NCBI GenBank assembly: GCA_015680685.1
Contig: MNCI01001559.1
Coordinates: 260,807-324,806, forward strand
Direction of reading: 5' to 3'
From: Gnetum montanum
Taxonomy: Eukaryota > Plantae > Gnetophyta
Length of the DNA stretch: 64,000 nt
A program made the position numbers and the translations under genes. Shown piece by piece: positions 36,200-47,839 of the stretch (within the stretch, counting starts at the first letter, position 1; each line of letters starts with the position of its first letter). The notes beneath the pieces are model-generated. The model did no database searches. It was given only the letters and a program-made list of their open reading frames with translations, and had not been told where the DNA came from.

Positions 36200-39100
36200 T
36201 ACAAGGTAGCTGTGAAATGCACCCCCTCATAGTTTATGGAAAAATCTCTCTAGAAGCATGCTTATTCATTAAAAGCTATGATTTCCAAGTAAGTGCATAT
36301 CACTGAAAGCATAGTGCTTCCTGAAGATGCCTACAAGTGAATTGCTATTAGCAATCACTTGCAGTTTACTATAAAACATTGCTGGAATTCATGGGAGCCA
36401 CTGGGAGCATTCATTCAAGGGTGAATGCATGCTTCTAGTTGTTAATAGACTTACAGAAGTCTTTGCAGGGTAGTTGCTAGATGCACCCCCTTACATTCTT
36501 TGGAAAAGCTCTTCAAAAGCACATTTATTAACTAGAAGCTGTGATTTCCATGTAACTACAGTTCACTGAAAGCACACCACTTTCCAGAGGCATCTGCAAA
36601 TAAACTGCTACTAGTAGTCCCTCACAGTCCACTATAAAACATTGTTAGAAGTCATGGGAACCATCGGAAGCATCCATTAAAGGGTGAATGCATGCTTCTA
36701 GATGCTAGTAGGCTTCCAAAAGCCCTTGTGAGGTAGTTACTAAATGCACCCCGTCGTAGTCTTTGGAAAAAACTCTCAGAAAGCACATCTGTTAATTAGA
36801 AATTGTGATTTCCAAGTAAGTGTAGTTTATCAAAAGCATAGTGCTTTTCAGAGGCCCTTGCAAGGGAACTTCTACTAGCAGTCCCTCATAGTCTAACTGC
36901 AAAACATTCTTGAAAGTCTTCTGTTCTATTGGAAGCATCCATTCAAGAGTGAATGCATGCTTCCAATTGCTAGTAGGCTTCTAGAAGCCCCTACAAGGTA
37001 GTTGTTAGACACACCCCCTTACAATATTTGGAAAAGCTCTTCAAAAGTATGTCTATTCATTAGAAGCTGTAATTTCTAGGTAAGTATAGTTCATCGAAAG
37101 CACACTACTTTTCGGAGGTGCCTACAAGTGAACTACTACTAGTAGTCCCTTATAGTCCACTGTAAAATATTGTTGGAAGCTATGGGGGCTACTAGAAGCA
37201 TCCATTCAAGGATGAATGCATGCTTCTAATTACTAGTAAGCTTCTGGAAGCACTTGCAAGGTAGTTCCTAGATGCACCCCCTCGTAGTCTTTGGAAAAAG
37301 CTCTCAAAAAGTATGCTTGTTCACCAAAAGTTGCAATTTCCAAGTAAGAGCAGTTCACTAGAATCATAGTGTTTTTCAGAGGTGCTTGCAAGCAAATTGC
37401 TATTAGTAGTCCCTCATAGTCCATTGTAAAACATTACTAGAAGTCTTCCATTCTACTAGAAGTCTTCCATTCTACTAGAAGCATCCATGCAAAAGTGAAT
37501 GCATGCTTCCGATTGTTGGTAGGATTTCAGAAGCTCTTATGGGGTAGTTGCTAAATGCACTCCCTCACGGTCTTTAAAAAAAGCTCTCTATAAGTGCATC
37601 TATTCACTAGAAGTTATGATTTTCAAGTAAGTATAGTTCATCGGAAGCACATCACTTTTTGGAGGCACTTGTAAGCAACCTACGACTAGCAGTTCCTTAT
37701 AGTCCACTCTAAAACATTGTTAGAAGTTATGAGGGCCACCAAAAGCATCCATTTAAGGATGAATTCTTGCTTCCAATTGCTGATAGGATTCTAGAAGTCC
37801 CTGTGGGGTGGTTGCTAGATGTACCCCCTCGCAGTCTTTGGAAAAAGCTCTTCGAAAACATGTTTGTTCATCACAAGTTGTGATTTCCAAGTATGTGTAG
37901 ATCATTGAAAGCATAGTGCTTTCTAGAGGTGCCTATGAGCCAATTGATACTAGCAGTCACTCATAGTTTACTATAAAACATTGTTGAAAGTCTTTTGTTC
38001 CATTGCAGACATCCATTCAAGGGTGAATGCATGCTTTTGGTTACTAGTAGGCTTTTGAAAGCCCCTATGGGGTAGTTGCTAGATGCACCTCCTTGTAGTC
38101 TTTAGAAAAATCTCTTCAAAAGCATGTTTGCCACCAGAAGTTGTGATTTCCAAGTAAATGGAGTTCACCATAAGCAAAACACTTTTTGAAGATGCCTGCA
38201 AGTGAACTGCTACTACTAGTCCCTTGTAGTCTACTGTAAAACATTGCTAGAAGTCCTTCATTCTACTAGAAGCATCCATGAAAGGGTGAATGTGTGCTTC
38301 CAATTGTTGGTAGGCTTCCAAAAGCCCGTGCAAGGTAGTTGCTAAAAGCACTCCCTTGCAATCTTTAAAAAAAGTTCTCCAAAAGTGCATCTATTCACTG
38401 GAAGCTAAATTTTGAAGTAAGTGTAGTTAACTAAAAGCACATCACTTTCCAAAGGTGCTTGTGAGCAACCTACTACTAGCAGTCCCTCGTAGTCCACTTT
38501 AAAACATTGTTGGGAGTCATGGGAGCCATCAGAAGCATCCATTTAAGGGTGAATTCATGCTTTTGGTTGTTAATAAGCTTCTGAAGTCCCTGTGGGGTAG
38601 TTGCTAGATGCAACCCCTTATAGTCTTTGAAAAAAGCTATCCAAAAGTGTGTCTATTCATTGAAAGCTACAATTTCCAAGTATGTGCAAATAACCAAATG
38701 CACAACGCTTTTTGAAGTAGCTACAAGCCAATTGCTACTAGTAGTCATTCACAGTCTAATGTAAAACATTATTGAAAGTCTTCCATTCCATCAAAAGCAT
38801 CTATGCCAGGGTGAATGCATGCTTCTGGTTGCTAGTAGGCTTTCGAAAGCCCTTGTAGGATAGTTTTTAGATGCACCCCCTCACAATCTTTGAAAAAATC
38901 TCTTCAGAAGTGCATCTGTTCATTAGAAGCTGTGATTTCCAAGTATGTGCAAATCATCAGCACAATGCTTTTTGAAGGCCATCTTTAAGCCAACTACTAC
39001 TAGTAATTATTCGCAGTCTAATGTAAAACATTGCTAGAAGTCTTTCATTCCACCAAAAGAACTCATGCAATGATGAATGCATGCTTTTGGTTGCTAGTAG

Positions 39101-39700
39101 GCTTCTAGAAGCCCATGTAGGGTAGTTGCTAATTGCACACCATCATAGTCTTTGAAAAAAAGCTATTCTGAAGCACATCTATTCATCAAAAGCTACGATT
39201 TCCAAGTAAGTGCAATTCACTAGAAGCACACTACTTTTCAAATGTGCCTACAAGCAAATTGCTACTAGTAGTCCCTCACAATCCACTGTAAAATATTGTT
39301 AAAAATCATGGGAGCCACTAGAACCATCCATTCAAGGGTGAATGCATGCTTCTGGTTACTGGTAGGCTTTTGGAAGCTCCTATAAAGGAGTTGCTAGATG
39401 TACCCCCTCGCAATCTTTAGAAAAAGCTCTTCAGAAGCACATCTATTCATTAGAAGCTATGATTTCCATTTGTAGATCATTGAAAGCACATTACTTTTTG
39501 AAGGCACCTACGAGCCAACTACTACTAGCAGTCACTTGTAGTCTATTGTAAAACATTGTTGGAAGTCTTCTGTTCCACTGGAAGCATCTATTTAAGGATG
39601 AATGTGTGCTTTCAGTTGTTGGTAGGCTTTTGAAAGCCCTTGCAATGTTTTTATTAGATGCACCCCCTCGTAGTCTTAGAAAAAAGCTCTTCAAAAGCAT
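36200..39700. repeat. 264-bp satellite (array 2), ~13 units, two subtypes
   Basis: GAATGCATGC recurs at 36423, 36686, 36951 and 37214 (263-265 bp); subtypes GTCATGGGAGCCA vs GTCTTCCATTC. Confidence 0.95.
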
Positions 39701-39704
39701 TTCT

Positions 39705-40330
39705 CACAAATGTGGGCAAAAGCCTATCATGATATTCCACATGCTCAAAAACACACAAAAATGCTATGGAATCTTATCATGAATTTTTTAAAAGGAAAAT
39801 TCTTGAGACATATTAGAAATAGGAAATATTATTGCATTGATTAGCTTATATGAACTTTGACAAAGGTATATCTATATTACTAGAACAATGCAAGACTTAA
39901 AGCTGTAAGATATCTAATAAATAGAAAAGACAGAAAAATCAATAAGAAGTCATGGGAAAAGGCTATTGAAATTTGTGATGATGATTGTAAACAAGTCTTG
40001 GATGAAGAAGATGAATATCTTGTGCATAGTCAAAATTCATTGAAATGGGACACTTGGTACAAGATGTCCAAGGTGTTGTCTTTTGATATTTTCTATGAGT
40101 TTAGATGGTCTAGCCTGGGTCATTTTTGCAAGCATTCAATGAAAGTTTTGATATTGGTCAAAGGACATACCAATCCATATAAGTTCTTCTTCAGAGATGA
40201 GTATTTTGATTCAAGAATTCTTTTTGAGCTAAGTTCATTTATGCCTCATGAATTTCCAAGCCATGAAGAGGCATCATAATTAGGGATAAACTTGAGACAT
40301 TTGGATCAACCACCAAGAAATCAAATAGTA
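39705..40330 (+). pseudogene. MULE (Mutator-like) transposase C-terminal half with SWIM zinc finger, degenerate
   Basis: MWAKAYHDIPHAQ..NAMESYH..FK, IDxLIxTLTKV, SWEKAIEICDDD, VHSQ, WSSLGHFCKHSMKV. Matches from memory the W..LPHA.Q.T.AAIE.YH / RVDWLV.KL / SW..A..IPD / CDC.WS..GNLCKH pattern of plant MULE-SWIM proteins. Confidence 0.75.
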
Positions 40331-41224
40331 ATAAGGTACATAGCACTACAGTATCTTTCCATGAGCACAACAAAAATGATGTTCATAAATTAGATGAGCA
40401 ATTGGAAGCATTTGAGGACAATGCATATGCAAGCTAGATAGAAAAAATACCAAAACTAAAAAAGGCAATAAAAGATTTTGTAAAGAATATACCCACAAAT
40501 AAAGAGAGTATTCTTGAACTTGAAACATATGTTGACTAGATTCAATGCAACCTTTTTTTCTCATAAAATGAAAATGATTTGGCAAGTAACAATAGATTGT
40601 CAAGTTGGGATAGCCCTACTAAAAATCAACAACAAAAGCTTTCTACTCAAATGTGTCATATAAAACTATTTACAGAAGGTAGACACACAATCTAGATCTA
40701 ATAAACTAATTTTGAAAATCTAATTTATGATTGTTAAGTGTGACAATGTAACATTTCTTATTTTTTATTTGCAGAATGTAATGAAGATAACTAAGGTTAC
40801 AACCGGAACTCATCTCCCTCACATTTAAATTTGATGTAGTGGAATGCCTGCATTGCATGAAGGAGAGAAGTTTATGATGTTGGCTACCTTTAGGCTTACT
40901 TAAAGTGCATATTTCTCTCTATATTAGTAGGAAAGACAATTCTCTTGAGTTATGATTTGAAGCTAGTATTTTTCTCTCAGATGTTGCAAATTTTATTCCC
41001 AATCATGTTATCTCTTATGGTAGTCAATTATGTTCTTTGGTTATATGTTCTTGAACAGTTGAATAGTAATTATAACAATTAAAATGATTTAAAGAAGTTT
41101 ATATCTATTCTTGTGTCCTAATCTACACATATTTGGTTTAATTTAAGTTAATTGAAAAATGGGAATTCATGTGTCTCGAATGATATTCTAACTATGATAG
41201 CTCTACAAACAACATATGGCCACA

Positions 41225-41770
41225 TTCTATGACTGCGATATCATGCGTCTCATAGGTTCTTCTAGTTGTGACTATGTCTGTGAGTGGCATTTGGCTATAA
41301 TGAAATCCACAATTATTGTGGGGTGCATGAAGCTCACATTATAATACTATGATCCCATGTGACTTGAATTTATTATTTAACACAAAATAGAAACTTAGTC
41401 TTGATAATGTGAGCCCTTGCAACTCGTAATCTGTCATTTGTAGCATTTCATGCAAAATACATTTTAAGTTTTTTAAACTATGAGTCAAATGTGACTTGCA
41501 ATTGGTTGCATCATGCATAAATATCAAAAAAATAAAATCCATAGTTGTTGCAAGTTGCATGAAGCTTACATTATAATACGACAATTCCATACAACTTACA
41601 TGCATTATTTAACAAAAAAAAAAAAAAAAAAAAACTTAGTCTTAACAGTGCAAGCCTTTGCTACTTGCAATTTGCCATTGTACTATGATTTGTAGTATTT
41701 CATGCAAAATGCATTTTAGTATTTTTACATGCGAGGTGGATGCAACTCACATCAGCTCACATTATGGGTA
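41225..41770. repeat. TGCGACTCGCA-type motif cluster, roughly inverted relative to 44200-44520
   Basis: tgtgacttgcaattggttgca, tgcaactcgta, tgcaactcacatc; tttttacatgcgaggtggatgca is the reverse of tgcatcacctcgca..taaaaa. Confidence 0.6.
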
Positions 41771-41925
41771 AATGTCAAAGAATAAAAATAGGAATGTTGC
41801 CAAAATGACACATTTCAACTATTAGTTCATCCATAGCAAACCACAGAGAAGGAGAGTGCGCCGAGAAGGACAACATTATTGCCATTGGTCATAGTAAATA
41901 GTAGAATTCATTGACACTAATAGAA

Positions 41926-43750
41926 ATGATGGGCAGGGTATGTACATTTCTATTCATTTTTAGAATTGTTGTTTTTGTTATAGTGTCCTAGGGTTTTCTA
42001 TGATTCAATGAGAAGAAAATTTCGAAAGAGGTTGCATAGAATAGTTTAGACAACTTCTTGAACTTCTCTATTCTGTTCTCACTAAGTTACGTATTAAAGG
42101 GTTAAGGTAATGGCTACATTGATAACTTTGATATAATTCTTTTATATAAACAAGAATATCCAAGAATCTAGTGTGTTCTCACTAAAGTTATGCATCAAAG
42201 GGTTAAGATAATCGCTTTGTTGACAGCTTTGATACATAATGCATTTTAAGATAATTTTTAAGTTTTTTAATTTTTAATGCTTTGTAATTTTTCTTCACAG
42301 AGAGGTAGTTCATAGGCAAACAATCAAAGAAAGTCTAGTAGACCACAAGGACAAGAGGGAAGGAGCCATACATAGGATTAACAATAGTTTGGCCCCCAAG
42401 CTATTGCACAAGATGCTCAAAGAGAGCAGGAAGAATATCACCAAGCTCAGGAGCATCAAGCATGAGAGGAACATTAGCATTAGGGGGCTCAATTCAGATC
42501 ATCCCTAATAGGATGTCCTAAGGACTTTAGTGCATTGATGCAGCTGGTATGACCAAAGATGCATGCCAAGCTAATTCAACATTGCCTTGGCATCATCATG
42601 AGTGGCAGCATTGAATATTATGAAGAGGAGGCATGTCGCTTCTACATGTCACATGTTTGAGGTGCAGCATCATCTGTGATTGTACACAAAGGTGATTTTG
42701 GATTTCCATTAATAGAGAAGATCCTAAGGGATACACTTGACATGGCTATTTGTACACAAAGAAAATTTTTTGCTACTGCATCTTCAAATAAAAAAACACA
42801 GTTACTTGCCATGGTTCCTAAGGTGGAGTTAGATGAGATTAGTTAGCCTTACAAGAACTTCTCCCTTGAATAGAGAGTACTTGTGAGGGCTATTCACACC
42901 AATCTCCTTGCTATCATTCATCACACGCATGTGATGTCTTTTACATTGATGGTCCTACTTGATTTGGAGGGAGACTGTTCATTGAACTACCCCTACATTT
43001 TACTTAGGAGGATGAAAATCCTTACCAAGGATGCATTGACAATTTCATTTCCATTGGTCACATATGCTCTTTTTAGGGATTGGTAGATTCCATCTTCTAA
43101 TCATTATGCAAAGGAGGTGCAAGTGATCAGTGAGGACTAGTTACCTCATTTGGGATATGCATTTAATACTCAATGGATTTCTAAGACTTGTTTTAATGAT
43201 TTGGTATGGCTCTCTAATCCTCGAGTGATAGACGATAGTGGTAAGGATGGATGGGATGAGTACTATGGTGAAGGTGATCAACCTCGTGCTATCCATGCTC
43301 ATCCACTACAGTAGCAGTAGTTTGGAGATGGGGCTACCATTTTTTTAAGACTCAGAGGCAATGGAGGCTATGATAGCAACACATATTGATGGTCTTTCTA
43401 TGAGGATTGATGCATTCGAGTCTCAGATGCATCAATGTTTTGGCCATCTAGAGAGGAGATAGACACATCTTGCCATCAACTATGCAACAATTACTAAATA
43501 CATAGTTTAGTAGTTGAGGGTAGTGTAAAGAGACAATGGTTTAGAGGAGTTGGTAAATAACATTCCTTATTCTAAGTTGATGGGCATGGTCACATTGGAG
43601 CTTGCAGTAGAGGTAGGATCATCGGATACAACTCACATGGTAAATAACCCTATTAAGTAGGTTAATGACACAATGATTGAGGATGATTTCATGGACATTT
43701 GAGCTACAAAAGTAATGAAGAAGGATATCCACACTGAGGGTGCTGAATAG
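41926..43750 (+). pseudogene. Two-exon transposon accessory gene ('putative plant transposon protein'-like), join(41926-41937, 42301-43750)
   Basis: ATGATGGGCAGG|GTATGT ... TTCACAG|AGA, phase 0. The frame from 42301 runs into ORF 42883 with mostly C>T/G>A stops: EYYEEEACRFYMS, RAIHTNLL, LNYPYILLRRM, ISFPLVTYALFR. Confidence 0.65.
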
Positions 43751-44199
43751 AGTCATTGTTGACTCTTTGTTTTTGAAAACCATGTACATTGTTATGGTTT
43801 TTGAGACAATTGATAAACTCTTGTTTGACTATTTATCATTCTTTTTTGTCATTTGTGCATCATTTTTGTATAGAATAATTTGATACGAGGTAGTTAACGT
43901 TAAAGAGTTAGACCATTTCTACGTTGCCTAATATTCATTTTTTCTATTGGAATCGTTCTAAACATGCCATAAACAATGAAATTACTTTACCATAACCAAG
44001 TAAAATCTTGTTTATATCCATCATTTCTAAAGTTGAGAGAATAATTTTCAATCCAAGTAGATAATATATGGTGTCTACATTTATTGAATATTGACTTTGA
44101 ACATACTACAAGAGCATTCAACTTGCATGTTCTTGTAGTGTGAATTTCCTCTAAAGTCATGAAGTTCGTAGTTGCTCATAAGTAAAGATGTGCACTAAT

Positions 44200-47050
44200 G
44201 CAATTCTTATGTTTGTTGTACTATTTTATTCAACTATGAATGCATCAAATTCATGTGGATCGCATCACCTTGCACTAGTAAAAAGTATTTTCTATTGCAA
44301 AATATGATGACATATGAATCGTATTTAGGTAACACCAATGTTCACACAAATTGTTAGCTCACAAATGATGTAAATTGCATCATCTTACAGTAGTAAAAAG
44401 TGGTTTTTGATATGAAATGTCATAACATGCTACTCACATTTAAGTAGCACTAATGTTCACACAAACTTTTGGCTCATAATTCATGCAAAATTGCATCACC
44501 TTGCTATTGATGCATAATTTTTGGTCACACCAACACTAGGAAAGAAAACTCATTTTACGAGACAATTGCCTAGGGCACCTCTCGTATGGGTACAAAAACC
44601 CAAAAATAGTGTCTCAGCTAGAGAGGGCTACGTGGCTTTTTTCAAATAATAAACTAAAAAAAACTTAGAATTTAAATTAAATAATTATCTGAATACAATG
44701 AGTAACTAAAGAAATGAAATTTCCCTAGTCTTGCCATTCTACCAGCCACGTGCGCCGTGTGGAACATTGTCACCAGAAAAAGGAAGAGGGAGTGAGGAGG
44801 AGGAGAAAAGAAAAAAAGAGAGACTGCATACTGCAGTTTGCATGGGGTAGCAACCATGGTCACTCAAAGACTACCGCTATTTGCCATCTTTTGTGCACCA
44901 TCGTAGAGAGAAAGATCGTCCACCTATGTCTGCACTACTGAGATAAGCTGCCAACCCAAAGAAAACCATATGTCTTGCATCCTGCGCATGGGTTGCATTG
45001 CCATAGACAAAAGAAAAAGAGAGAGAGAACCCTCCTATGCTGTTGTAGAGACCCTAAGGATCTGATTTTAACCGCTGTCTCTAGAGAGGAAGCCACCCCT
45101 CAAGACTAATAGCAAGAGCCCTCCCCCTCTTGAACTATGTGTCACAGACCCCTTTATAGTTGCACCTCTAATGCTTTTAGTGGCACCACTTCTACCCTTG
45201 TTTATAGCTATAGCAGCCATTTATAATGGCACCACGTTCTCTGTATGTAACCGTCACCATCATTGATGCACGTAATGCTCTCCAACAGTCACCCATGTTC
45301 TGTTCTGCATGCCTACCACTGTCATCTATGTTATGCATGTAACTGTAAGCACTTTTTCCACCACCGTTGGCCATTTTAAGTGCCCACCACGTTTTGGCCG
45401 GTGATTACCCCCACCGCCACCCACGTAACATTGCCACCACCACTGCCAAAAATGTCCACGTTCTATGGTAATTGCCCACACATCTTGCGTAATCATCGCC
45501 ATTACTTCTGAAACATCTACTGCCTCTCCGCATTCTGAAACGGCTACACTACCACCTTACGTAATTGCTAATGTAATTTCAGTCATGTTCTGTTATGAAT
45601 ACCTACCACGTTGCATGCCGGAAACACCTGGCACCACCTGTAGCCATGAATGCCCACGTTTCAAATGGCAGTTATAGTTCCATGTTCACCTATAATGCCA
45701 TCACTATTACTCGTAATCGCCGTTCGCTACAATCACTTGAATTACGTGACCATGTAACGTGCCCACGTTTTGGGATACTGTGTGAGCAATTGCAACACCG
45801 TTTACTCCAAGTTTGAAGATGAACATGAGGAGTGGATCCAAAGCAATATTGCATATATTACTAGTGACTGTTGCTTATAAGGTCGTTTTTGTATCCTTGA
45901 AAACCTTGAAAACCCTGAAACACACCCTGTATAGCAAGCGACCTAACAACTACCGATGCACCAAGGCACGCAATGAGGCACGCAATCTCAGATATGTTAT
46001 TGTAATTTTTTCGGTAGATGTTCCCTATTAATGCACAGAAGTCATAAATTATCAATTAAACACTTCATTCTCAAAATACTCCCACAACATCATGTGCTTT
46101 TGTTTGCAATGGTGAGTAGACTTCGTTGCTTGCTTCCTTGATAAAGCAGAGGATAATAATTTTCAAGAACTTACTAATAAATTCGAGAAGGAAAAATAAA
46201 AATAAAGACTGCCCATTGGTTGCTCTCTATTTGATATATCTACCTAAATCAGAGAACTTGCAAAAATAGTAAAAATGGATTTCCAAATAAGTTAGCATGC
46301 AGGATATCTTAATTATTGAAAAATAGAAATTTTTTCATCTTCAAGGACAATAATATTTCATGCTTTAATTTATTTACAAAAAGTGAGTGGAGAAATCTAG
46401 AATGTCCTTTGCATTCAAGCACATATCGGATGGGCAAAGTGAAGTATAGCATTTTGTTATAGCTTCAAATAATTGCCAAATTATTTTTTGACCCAAAAAG
46501 ATATGCCAAGGTTAACTAATTCTTGATGATGATGTAGGTCAAGTTTAAATATCCAATTTTCCTTAGCTATACTTTAAAAAGAATCATGTCAAAACTCTTT
46601 TTATTTTATTTATTTATTTATTTATTTTATGATTGTCAAGGTAAAATTATTTCACTCTTTTGACAATAGAAGAGCATTAAAATTATTTCACATCAAATCT
46701 TTTTAACTTTGGTTTTAACAATGAAGTATTAACTTAGTGGTGTGACTCATGATTTGGAAATTTTAATTTATGGTAGGTTGGAATGTAATTTAGGGACATC
46801 CTAAGATATATAGTTATCAATCATGGCCCCGTGCCTAGCATGGGAGAGGTTGTGCTCAACACTCGCATGGGTAAAAAGTGGTCTTTGTTGCAAAATGCGA
46901 TGACATGTGAGTCGCATTTAAGTAGTACCAATGTTCACACCAATTGTCAGCTCACAATTCATGCAAATTGCATGACCTCGCAATAGTAAAATGTGGTTTT
47001 TATTGCAAAATGAGATGCCATGTGACTCATAGTGCACCACATTTTCGTGA
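44200..47050. repeat. ~117-bp tandem repeat (44250-44520 and 46860-47030) split by a ~2.3-kb unrelated insertion
   Basis: gtaaaaagtggttttt..tgcaaaatgcgatgacatgtgagtcgcatttaagtagcaccaatgttcacac units on both sides. Confidence 0.7.
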
Positions 47051-47839
47051 CTAGTAGAACATCACATAACTTTTTTGGAATGTTGTGATTGCATATGCAT
47101 TGCATTCATATATCAGTTCATGATTATTGTTTTGTTGTAAGCAACAACCATTTTCAATTATTCATAGCTAAAATACATACATAGTTATCACTTACCGCAA
47201 GCGACTACTAATCGCATCTACTCACATGATCTTCACTGTGGGTGGATTGTGAAATGCATGGGCTTGTAGTTGATCATCAAAGGTTATATGATAAAGTATA
47301 ATATTGATCAACAAACAAAATATGCATTTCATAAGCTCCTTTATTATATTCTATGAAAACTTATAGAAAGAAGCCTATGAAATGCATATTTTGTATAGAT
47401 ATTATGAAAATTTATTTGTTTAATGAGAAAAATACATTCAATACATAGTAAACCTTAAATATTATAGATTTGATTTTTTAAATTTAAAAAAATAATAATT
47501 ACAATATGAAACAAATGAACACCATATATATTTCCAATCAAAAACCTTGAAATAAATACATAGTTGTCTCATGTACAAAAAATTTACCTTTCATTAAAGA
47601 TGCAAGCAAGCATTTACATCATTGTACTTTTTTAGCATTAGAAACTAGATAAGGACCATGTTAAATACAATCCTCACGTACAAGATGTTACACACATGAT
47701 TTTATCCATGGTTGCTCAAGAATTGAATAACTAAGAATTTCTTGTATCATGGTATTTTGATACATGAAAACAAACTCACTATTGAAATTTGTCTCTTTAA
47801 TGAAAGGTAAATTTTTTGTACATGATTGAAAGGTAAATT

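Noticed and set aside
36200-39700. 88-aa repeat protein encoded on the minus strand of the 264-bp satellite (e.g. ORF 37233-37424)
   Set aside because: One consensus frame is nearly open, but units vary from 263 to 265 bp, most carry a TGA, the peptide resembles nothing recognisable, and a GC-rich consensus is often open by chance.
44273-44290. CACTAGTAAAAA as a CACTA terminus
   Set aside because: It is a variant of the internal 117-bp repeat unit (cagtagtaaaaag, caatagtaaaatg in sister copies).
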